From Pseudomonadota bacterium (GTDB taxonomy: Bacteria; Myxococcota_A; UBA9160; JADFDR01), in NCBI GenBank assembly GCA_003353845.1, contig PIVT01000004.1:12283-76282 (forward strand): a stretch of DNA of 64,000 nt, read 5' to 3'. This document shows positions 55,220-62,659 of the stretch, piece after piece. The notes under the pieces were generated by a model that was not told the DNA's origin, did not search any database, and saw only the letters and a list, made by a program, of their open reading frames with translations. Positions within the stretch are counted from its first letter, which is position 1; the number at the start of each line of letters is the position of its first letter. A program made the translations under genes and the position numbers.

Positions 55220-55657
55220 TTGCTCAATGGGCCATCAGATTTCGACACGGTTCAAGCCCCGGAGAACACAGTGCAAAATGATGTTGGAGAGAGCAGTAGT
55301 GGAGCCTGGTTGAAATTCCCCGATGGGGTCTCCGTGGTGATTGGGGGTAGCGGTGGGCTGGGACGAGCCATTTGTCAGGGATTTGCCACCGCAGGCTGCG
55401 ACATCGTGTTCACCTACCGAAGCGATTTTGAGGCGGTCAAGGAGGTTGCAGCCTTGACTGAGGCGCAAGGGCGCGGTGCGGAATTTCATCAGCTAAGTAT
55501 CAGTGATGCGATGGGGTCCAAACTCTCCATTGGTTTTATTGGTGAAGTAGATTCCGAAGAATGGGGTAGGGTGATGGACGAAGATGCAACCTGGGAAAAG
55601 GCCGCTATTGGAAATACCGCACTCAAGCACTTTGGTAGGCCGGAGGAAGTTGTTTGA
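55220..55657 (+). pseudogene. internally deleted SDR relic (Rossmann N-terminus fused to the SDR C-terminal tail; catalytic core missing)
   Basis: Has VVIGGSGGLGRAICQGFATAGCDIVFTYR, EEWGRVMD and then directly ALKHFGRPEEV. No NNAG, Ser or YxxxK region. About 145 aa versus about 250 for SDRs. No in-frame ATG; only TTG or GTG starts. Confidence 0.5.
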
Positions 55658-56820
55658 TGTCCATCGAGGATGACAAGAGCCCGAATGAAACCGAACGTCG
55701 CAGACTGGAGAGTCTGGGCGCGCTGACTCCGGGGATTATTCACGAATTCAACAATCTCCTGAATATCTTTGTGGGCAACCTCGGGTTGATTGAGGAGCGC
55801 ATCCATGGGGATGAATTGCTGAGTCAATGCATTGAGGATATGCACGACGCGAGCCAGCGCGCCGCTCGACTTTGTCGACTGGTGCAGAGTCAAGCCAGTG
55901 GCAACGTGGGAGAGGTATCGACGTTTGAGCTGAATAGTCTTGTTGAAGAGAGCGCGACTCTTGTTCAGGCCGCTTTTTTGAAAGGGGCGAAGTTGGACCT
56001 TCAACTCACTCCGGATTTGCCAGAGCTTGCGCGGACAGGGCCAGAGCTTCGACAGGCTCTCACGACCCTATTGCTAAACGCTGCAGCCCCCGTCATGCGA
56101 CAAGATGCGACGGTTGAAGTCCGAACGGCTTTGGCCTCTGAGGAAGACAGAGCTGCAGAGGAAGTGTGGGAGCCCTTGCGTGGTAGTGAAGGGAAGGTCC
56201 TGATGGTCGAGGCATGGATCCAGGGCGGAGAGGTGGAGAATGCATCGCCACTCGAAAGAGAAGGGCTGGAGGTTCCGGGCTTCGCCTTGTCCAGCGCTCG
56301 CGAGATTGTGAGAAGCTTGGGGGGAGATCTTTGCTGGGTTGAATCGCCGAGCCGAGGCAGACGGCTACGCCTGTTGATTTCCTGTAATGGGAAGGCCGCG
56401 GCACAAGCCGCCAGGCAGACGGCTTCGGCTGATCGTGTGTTGACCTTTGAGGGGACGGTGCTTGTGGTGGATGATGAGAAGTCATCGAGAAAAGTCATAG
56501 GCACGATTCTGGAACGATTGGGTTCTATGGTTTTGGCGGCGTCCAGTGGTGAAGAGGCTTTGTCGATTTATGAAAAGCACGGTGAGCAGATTGCATTGGT
56601 GATGCTCGACATGTCCATGCCGGGGCTGGGTGGAAAAGAGACCTTCCGTCGTTTGTCCGCCTTGGATGAGAATGTAAAAGTCTTGGTGATGAGTGGCTAT
56701 GATGAGGGCACTGGCTTGGATGGGCTAAAGAAAGAGGAGGTGTTGGGTTATTTGCAAAAACCCTTTCGCCTGCAAGGTCTCAAGGACAAGTTGGTGGAGA
56801 TCCTGCCCGGTCTTAGTTGA
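55657..56820 (+). CDS. hybrid histidine kinase / response-regulator receiver with no sensor or TM domain
   Basis: H-box GIIHEFNNLLN about 35 aa from the N-terminus, N-box LLLNAA, no clear DxGxG G1 box, and a C-terminal receiver (VLVVDDEKSSR...LDMSMPGLGG...KP). ATG overlaps the upstream TGA as TGATG; the ORF-track start is TTG 55654. Confidence 0.8.
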   Translation: MSIEDDKSPNETERRRLESLGALTPGIIHEFNNLLNIFVGNLGLIEERIHGDELLSQCIEDMHDASQRAARLCRLVQSQASGNVGEVSTFELNSLVEESATLVQAAFLKGAKLDLQLTPDLPELARTGPELRQALTTLLLNAAAPVMRQDATVEVRTALASEEDRAAEEVWEPLRGSEGKVLMVEAWIQGGEVENASPLEREGLEVPGFALSSAREIVRSLGGDLCWVESPSRGRRLRLLISCNGKAAAQAARQTASADRVLTFEGTVLVVDDEKSSRKVIGTILERLGSMVLAASSGEEALSIYEKHGEQIALVMLDMSMPGLGGKETFRRLSALDENVKVLVMSGYDEGTGLDGLKKEEVLGYLQKPFRLQGLKDKLVEILPGLS

Positions 56821-56870
56821 AAGTGTTGTTGAGAGCGTTTTGTCGAAGAGGGTGACATACCCTTTCATGC

Positions 56871-58487
56871 TTAGCGGAGTCGTTTCTCGGCCTGCTCCCG
56901 CAAAACAAACTTGGTGACCTTGCCCGAGGCTGTCATGGGAAGCTCCGAAACGATCTCGACGTAACGCGGCACCTTGTAATTGGCCATCTGCTCCCGGCAC
57001 CAGGCGATCACCCCTTCTTCGGTGAGTTCCGCTCCAGCGGTTGGAATGACGAAGGCCATGCCGACCTCACCCATGCGGTCATCGGGCACGCCGATCACCG
57101 CCGCTTGGGCGATCTCCTCGTGTTCGAACAAGCCGTTCTCGATCTCCGCGGGGTAGCAGTTGAAGCCGCCCATGAGGAACATGTCCTTGATGCGATCGGT
57201 GATTCGCAGGTAGCCCCGATCGTCCATCACACCGATGTCGCCGGTGTGCAGCCAGCCCTCCGCGTCGATGGTCTTGGCGGTCTCTTCAGGGTTGTCGAGG
57301 TAGCCTTGCATGAGGTTGTAGCCGCGCACCACCACCTCGCCCGGCTCTCCGCGAGGGACTTCCTTCCCCTCCGTGTCCACGCAGAGTACCTCGATATCCG
57401 GGATGGCCCGGCCGGAGGTCGTGGCGACGGTCTCGGGGGAATCTTCCTCGCGGCAGATGGTTACAGGACCGGTGCACTCGGTGAGCCCGTAGCCGGTGAT
57501 AATGGTCTCGAAGCCGAGCTCGCTGCGCATCCGGTGGATCAACTCCACGGGGATCACGGCGGCGCCGGTGATGGCAAGGCGCAGGCTGGAGAGATCGAAT
57601 TTCTGCAGATCGGGGTGGGCCAGAATCGTCTGGTAGAGCGTGGGCGGACCGGGGAGGGCGCTAACCTTATCCCTTCCAATTCGCTCCAATACCGCCGGAA
57701 CGTCGAAGATCGCATGCGGAAGGATCGTCGCGCCGCGCATGATCGCCGCCATCCAGCCCGCCTTGTAGCCGAAGTTGTGGAAGAAGGGATTTACGATCAG
57801 ATAGCGATCGCCCTCTCGAAGACCGACGATCCCGCTCCACGCCTCGAAGCAGCGGAGATTCTGGCCGTGGGCGGTCATCACCCCCTTGGGCTTCCCCGTC
57901 GTTCCAGAGGTGAACAGGATGTCCGCGATGTCGTCGGCGGAGACGGCCTCGGCACGTTCCTGCGCTTGCTCCGCGCTGACGGCCTCGCCTTCCGCGAGGA
58001 AGTCGGTCCATGAAGTCGTGTCCGCCGCGGCGTTCTCGTCTCCCCGCAGGAGAACGATTCGCTCAAGCTGTGGTAACGCGGCGATGGGGCCTGTTGAACT
58101 CGGGCCTCCCAGGGAATCGCGCAGCAGGCCGACGTAATCGGTGTCCAGGAATTGGTCCACGGTGCACAGGATGAGCGCTCCGCTCGCCTCGAGGACGTAG
58201 CCCGCCTCGCTTCCTTTCATCCGTGTATTGATCGTTACCAGCACCCCGCCTGCCGATTGCAGGCCGATTGCGGCCACTACCCATTCGTGAATGTTCTGTG
58301 CCCAGATCGCGACGCAATCGCCCGGCTGGACACCGGCGGCGATGAACGCTCGTGCTGCCCGCGTTCCCGCAGCAGAAAGCTCTGTAAAGCTCAGGGTTAG
58401 ATCGCCTTCTTCGATGGCAATCCGATCTCCAAAGCGTTGGGCGGCGCCTTGAACCAGTCTTGGAATCGTGTCTTCGAATGAACTCAT
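56871..58487 (-). CDS. AMP-dependent acyl-CoA synthetase (FadD3-like by recollection), compositionally atypical
   Basis: FTSGTTGKPKGV, GYGLTE, HTGDIGVMDDRGYLRITDRIKDMFLMGGFNCYPAEIE and TASGKV motifs. Visibly higher GC and GC3 than its neighbours. Confidence 0.9.
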   Translation of the reverse strand: MSSFEDTIPRLVQGAAQRFGDRIAIEEGDLTLSFTELSAAGTRAARAFIAAGVQPGDCVAIWAQNIHEWVVAAIGLQSAGGVLVTINTRMKGSEAGYVLEASGALILCTVDQFLDTDYVGLLRDSLGGPSSTGPIAALPQLERIVLLRGDENAAADTTSWTDFLAEGEAVSAEQAQERAEAVSADDIADILFTSGTTGKPKGVMTAHGQNLRCFEAWSGIVGLREGDRYLIVNPFFHNFGYKAGWMAAIMRGATILPHAIFDVPAVLERIGRDKVSALPGPPTLYQTILAHPDLQKFDLSSLRLAITGAAVIPVELIHRMRSELGFETIITGYGLTECTGPVTICREEDSPETVATTSGRAIPDIEVLCVDTEGKEVPRGEPGEVVVRGYNLMQGYLDNPEETAKTIDAEGWLHTGDIGVMDDRGYLRITDRIKDMFLMGGFNCYPAEIENGLFEHEEIAQAAVIGVPDDRMGEVGMAFVIPTAGAELTEEGVIAWCREQMANYKVPRYVEIVSELPMTASGKVTKFVLREQAEKRLR

Positions 58488-58567
58488 GGGGTGCTACTCT
58501 ACCCATCGAGTCGTTCAACAGCAAGCTGAGGAACTCGCTGCTGGGTGAGATCTTCACCACGTTCTGA
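58478..58567 (+). mobile_element. relic of the C-terminal part of a DDE (rve/integrase-core) transposase
   Basis: The + frame reads MNSWGATLPIESFNSKLRNSLLGEIFTTF then a stop. IESFNxKLRxxLLxGEIF matches the conserved motif downstream of the catalytic E in IS3/IS481-type transposases as I recall it. There is no upstream ORF. Confidence 0.45.
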
Positions 58568-58632
58568 GAGGCCAGGGGGCAGGTCAGGTGCTCAAGCTCG
58601 CCGGGCCCTCCGCAGCGCTTGACAGGCGGTAT

Positions 58633-58656
58633 GTCCACACCGTATACGGTGTGGAC
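58633..58656. repeat. 24-bp perfect palindrome gtccacaccgtatacggtgtggac
   Basis: Read directly, in the spacer between the acyl-CoA synthetase and SDR genes. Confidence 0.9.
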
Positions 58657-58667
58657 GCCAGGGCTTT

Positions 58668-58691
58668 TCGGAACGTCTGTCGGAACGTCTG
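58668..58691. repeat. 12-bp tandem direct repeat tcggaacgtctg, x2
   Basis: Read directly: 58668-58679 and 58680-58691. Confidence 0.9.
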
Positions 58692-58799
58692 ATCGCGGAG
58701 CGTTCTATGAAGAGCGGAACATTTATAGAAGATGAGCTGCTTATGCGGGCTACCTACTGAGCTCGGGAGCAAGCAGATCTTATAAGGAGGATTAGTACG

Positions 58800-59552
58800 A
58801 TGAGGTTGGCTGACAAGGTAGCGATAGTAACTGGGGCAGCGCGTGGGATTGGTCGCGAGATTGCTCTGGCTCTTGTTCGTGAAGGGGCCAAGGTGACAAT
58901 CAGTGACCTGGACATGGATCCGCTGAACGATGTGGTTAATGAGATCAAGGCCGCAGGTGGCGAGGCATTGCCCTGCCGGGTCGATGTGACGAACAGCGCA
59001 GAGATCAACAAGATGGTCGAAGCCACCATTGAGACGTTTGGGAAAATTGACATCCTGGTCAACAACGCCGGTGGAAGTGCGCGGGATAGAGCCTCTGATT
59101 TTAATGAAGCACCGGAAGAGGTCTGGAAGGCAACGCTAGAACGTAATCTTCACGGGACGCTTGGCTGCACCCGAGCTGTGATCAACCACATGATCGAACA
59201 AAAGAGTGGCAAGATCGTGAATTTCGCCTCGGTTAACGGTATCTCGGGACAATCTGGGTTTGTCGACTACTCGGCGGCCAAAGCTGGGATCATCGGCTTC
59301 ACCAAGGCGCTGGCCAAAGAGGTCAATTCCTGCGGAATCAATGTCAATGCCATCGCCCCGGGAGTGATTGAAACCCGAGTCGTTGAACAGATTCCCAAGG
59401 AGACGATCACAGGAATCATCGAGAGTTTGAATCTTAATAGGCTAGGGCAGCCCGAAGATATAGCCAATGCGGTGCTATATCTGACCTCCGAAGAGGCGTC
59501 TTATGTCCAAGGCCATATACTCAGGGTTTGTGGTGGAGGGTTTATCTCCTAG
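58800..59552 (+). CDS. SDR family oxidoreductase (FabG-like 3-oxoacyl reductase)
   Basis: KVAIVTGAARGIGREIA, NNAG, YSAAKAG and RLGQPEDIANAVLYL motifs. AAGGAGG RBS. Confidence 0.9.
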   Translation: MRLADKVAIVTGAARGIGREIALALVREGAKVTISDLDMDPLNDVVNEIKAAGGEALPCRVDVTNSAEINKMVEATIETFGKIDILVNNAGGSARDRASDFNEAPEEVWKATLERNLHGTLGCTRAVINHMIEQKSGKIVNFASVNGISGQSGFVDYSAAKAGIIGFTKALAKEVNSCGINVNAIAPGVIETRVVEQIPKETITGIIESLNLNRLGQPEDIANAVLYLTSEEASYVQGHILRVCGGGFIS

Positions 59553-59780
59553 CCGGAGCCGCAGCGGCTTGCACCCAGTGGTGGTTTGCCGTTGAACTGA
59601 GGGGAATCCCCCCAGTTGATCTTCTGTGAAAATCTTGAGCGCCGGGTTGGGTTGTCTACCCTTGGCTCGCCTGCTCACATTTATTTTTAAATTTGCTCGC
59701 TCGTCGGTGAAAGGAGCTCCAAGAGGGGCCTGAGAAAGCGTAGGCTAGGGCTGTGATCCCTCCCTTGTTAAGAGGTCAGA

Positions 59781-61304
59781 ATGGATCGGTACAATTACGA
59801 TTGCCTGTCGGGCCAAGACAACGACTTTTTGCGCTGGGAAAAACCCGGGCTGCCCATGCACCTGGCGGGCCTGCAAGTTTTTCGAGCGGGTCCACTCTTG
59901 AATGAATACGGTGGTGTTGATTTCGAGAAGATAAGAGAGATGACCATTGGGTTGCTGCATCTTATCCCGCGATGTCGGCAGAAGCTGGAATGGGTTTTAG
60001 AAGGTAAAGCCGCGGTGTGGGTAGACGATCCAAATTTTAACCCGGGCTATCACATACGCCACATGAGCTTGCCGAGACCGGGGACGCGAAGAAGTCTGCA
60101 AGAGCTTTTCGGAAACATCATGGCACAGCCACTGGATCGGTCGAAGCCGCTGTGGGAACTCTGGGTTGTTGAGGGCTTGGAAGGAGAGCGCTTCGCCACC
60201 GTGTTAAAGGCTCATCACTGCATGATGGACGGAGTTGCAGGAGTCGACTTTGCCTCGCGGCTACTATCAAGATCGCCCGATGCCGGAGCTTTAGAAGAGC
60301 TTCCTTACTACCCTCGTCCAATCCCTACTCGCATGGAGTTGTTGAGTGACGAAGCCGTGCGACGGCTGTCTCAGCCACTTCAGACGGCTGCTGACTTTAC
60401 ACATTTTGTGAAGGACACAGCAGATTTAAGTGTTGATTTGGGCCGGCGGGCTCGCGCAGTGGGTGAGGTGTTGGGATTGAAAGTCAATCCGGCGTCTGAA
60501 ACTCCCATTAACGGTCCTGTGGGGCCACATCGCGCTTTTGAAGGCGTGAAGATGTCTCTGGAGCGTGCAAAGAAAATCCGCAGCTTCTTGGGGTGCTCCG
60601 TCAATGATGTTGTGTTGACTGTGGTCACAGGTGCGGTGCGTGAGTACATGCAAGATCACCAGGTTCGCCCTGAAGGACTGGATTTTCGGGTGGAAGCGCC
60701 GGTCAACGTTCGGCGTGATGTCGGTGAAGGAAAGTTGGGGAATCGGGTTTCTTCCTGGGTGGTACGACTTCCTTTGGGTGAGAAAAACCCACTCCGGCAG
60801 TTGGCTGCGATTCATCGATCCACCGAAGAATTAAGGGAAACCAAGCACGCGGCAGTGGTGGAACTGTTACACCATTTTCTCGACTGGATCGCCTTTGACA
60901 TTCAGAGCGTGGCTAGCGGGGTGATGAACATGATCGTAACCAACGTAGTTGGCCCCCGAGTGCCTCTTTACATGCTGGGCTCGGAATTGGAAGAGGCCTA
61001 TCCAGTGGCACCTCTATTAGAAAATTTGGGGCTGAGCGTCGGCTTGTTTAGCTATAACGGGTATCTGTTTTGGGGGTTGATGGCCGACTCGGATCGCATT
61101 CCAGATCTCGCACACTTCGCAAACCTGATCCAAACCAGCTTTAATCGTTTAGAGGCTGCTGCGCTGGAAGAAGAGAAGCGGAAAAGAACGAGGCGAAAGT
61201 CGAATCTGACGAAAGCCAAAGATGTCGAGCATAGGTCGACAACACGGCCGAGACGGGAACGCCCCGCGCCACGAGGCCGACCGGGAAAGCAGCCAGGGGC
61301 CTAG
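59781..61304 (+). CDS. WS/DGAT family, paralogue 3, with an Arg/Lys-rich C-terminal tail
   Basis: HHCMMDG active-site motif and NVVGPRVPLY. The last ~45 aa are EEEKRKRTRRKSNLTKAKDVEHRSTTRPRRERPAPRGRPGKQPGA. Confidence 0.85.
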   Translation: MDRYNYDCLSGQDNDFLRWEKPGLPMHLAGLQVFRAGPLLNEYGGVDFEKIREMTIGLLHLIPRCRQKLEWVLEGKAAVWVDDPNFNPGYHIRHMSLPRPGTRRSLQELFGNIMAQPLDRSKPLWELWVVEGLEGERFATVLKAHHCMMDGVAGVDFASRLLSRSPDAGALEELPYYPRPIPTRMELLSDEAVRRLSQPLQTAADFTHFVKDTADLSVDLGRRARAVGEVLGLKVNPASETPINGPVGPHRAFEGVKMSLERAKKIRSFLGCSVNDVVLTVVTGAVREYMQDHQVRPEGLDFRVEAPVNVRRDVGEGKLGNRVSSWVVRLPLGEKNPLRQLAAIHRSTEELRETKHAAVVELLHHFLDWIAFDIQSVASGVMNMIVTNVVGPRVPLYMLGSELEEAYPVAPLLENLGLSVGLFSYNGYLFWGLMADSDRIPDLAHFANLIQTSFNRLEAAALEEEKRKRTRRKSNLTKAKDVEHRSTTRPRRERPAPRGRPGKQPGA

Positions 61305-61942
61305 GAAACTTCCTTTAAGGCTTCTTGGTAAAATGCGTGGCATCCATCATAAAATTCTCGGTGTTGCTCAGTGAAGTAAGGCGCGAGAAGTGACATGACT
61401 TGGAATGCGCCTTGATGCATGAGGAGGTGCGAAGGAGTCTCGCTTGTGCGCAATTGCTGAAAATTCATCCAAAATGTGATGGTCATGGTGATGCTATCGG
61501 CGAGCTGGGTAATTTCCTCCTCGTCGATATTGATGATTTGCTTTTGCATCAAGGAGGTGCAGATGGCTTTTGCAGTGAGCCTTTTCAGGTCGAGAAGTCG
61601 ACTGAAGCGTCGGTGGAGCACTTCGAAGCGCTGCAATAGATCTGAAAGGTTGCGGTAGATGAAACGGTACTCATGGATTTCCTCAAATACGACATAGAGA
61701 AAAAACCAGTTGTCTTCGAGGCTGAGAGGGTTCTCAATGGGGGCTTTCAGAATGCTGGTTAGCTCGTGTTCAAAACGATCGAAGAGTTCGGGGATGATGG
61801 CTTCTTTCCCGCGGAAATGGTAGTAGAGATTTCCGGGGCTGATGTTCATCTCATTGGCAATTTCCAGGGTTGTGACGTGAGATTCCCCCTCTTCATTGAA
61901 GAGAAGCAGACTTGTCTGAAGGATGCGTTCGCGGGTCTTCAT
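61301..61942 (-). CDS. TetR family regulator, PhaD-like
   Basis: N-terminus MKTRERILQTSLLLFNEEGESHVTTLEIANEMNISPGNLYYHFRGKE closely resembles my recollection of Pseudomonas PhaD (MKTRDRIL...ISPGNLYYHF.GKE). Starts 9 bp downstream of the phasin gene on the same strand. Confidence 0.8.
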   Translation of the reverse strand: MKTRERILQTSLLLFNEEGESHVTTLEIANEMNISPGNLYYHFRGKEAIIPELFDRFEHELTSILKAPIENPLSLEDNWFFLYVVFEEIHEYRFIYRNLSDLLQRFEVLHRRFSRLLDLKRLTAKAICTSLMQKQIINIDEEEITQLADSITMTITFWMNFQQLRTSETPSHLLMHQGAFQVMSLLAPYFTEQHREFYDGCHAFYQEALKEVS

Positions 61943-61951
61943 AAGGTCAGG

Positions 61952-62377
61952 TCAGGCTTTCTTCGATTTTGTCTTGCGAACAGTCTTTTTCTTGCTCGTC
62001 GATTTTTTTGCAGAGCGTGATTTTGTTCGCGTTTTGCTTTTCGGCTCGATCGTATCCATGAGCTTGCCTAGTTTCTTTTCCAAGGCGGCGACTCTCTTTG
62101 TCAGGGCCGTGAGTTGGGGATCTTGTTTGTGGTCAAAACCCAGGCCATGGCGCACACGTTCGATGCGGTCTTCGATGGAGATGGTGGAAAACTCTCGCGC
62201 TTTGTTTACTCGCTCGCTGGTTTCGGCTTCGAGGGATTTTCCTTTTTCAACAAGTTCATCAAAGTATTTACTTGTTCCCTTGCCGACTTTTTCCACGGCC
62301 TCATTGAGCTTTGATCCGTAGGCACCGAGCCCGGCGAGCCAGATATTTTTGGCGATATCACTTCCTTTTTCTGACAT
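61952..62377 (-). CDS. PhaF/PhaI-type phasin (polyhydroxyalkanoate granule-associated protein family) with a Lys-rich C-terminal tail
   Basis: NIWLAGLGAYGSK matches the conserved KIWLAGLGxYSK of the PhaF/PhaI N-terminus. There is a leucine-zipper-like segment, and the tail is KSKTRTKSRSAKKSTSKKKTVRKTKSKKA. Start set at ATG 62377 (GGAG RBS). Confidence 0.8.
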   Translation of the reverse strand: MSEKGSDIAKNIWLAGLGAYGSKLNEAVEKVGKGTSKYFDELVEKGKSLEAETSERVNKAREFSTISIEDRIERVRHGLGFDHKQDPQLTALTKRVAALEKKLGKLMDTIEPKSKTRTKSRSAKKSTSKKKTVRKTKSKKA

Positions 62378-62659
62378 GTCTCTCGGCTCCGATTTCTCGA
62401 TGAGTTTTTCGTTGAGTTGATCGTTATGGATCGTAGTGCCCAAGCGGCTTACCTAGCTTTTTGCAGCAGTAATCGTACCAGTGAAATCTAGAAAATACAT
62501 ACTAATCGGCGGAGTTGGTGAGGTTCTCGAGCGGGGATTTGTGCCGACACGTGGAGGGCGATGAGGTATCTTTTCTGCTGGCTCCCCCCGCCAGAATCTG
62601 GTCTTTATCGGTGTTTTTGGTGGTAGCTGGGAGTCACTCAAAACGCCGGAGAAAGACGA

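Noticed and set aside
57105-58013. 302-aa plus-strand ORF, together with 58063-58638 on the minus strand
   Set aside because: They lie within, or out of frame with, the GC-rich acyl-CoA synthetase gene. They are Arg/Gly/Ala-rich products with no motifs and are a consequence of high GC, not genes.
61301-61304. Convergent WS/DGAT and TetR stop codons sharing the palindrome CTAG
   Set aside because: This is real but trivial, a consequence of tight convergent packing rather than a functional element in itself.
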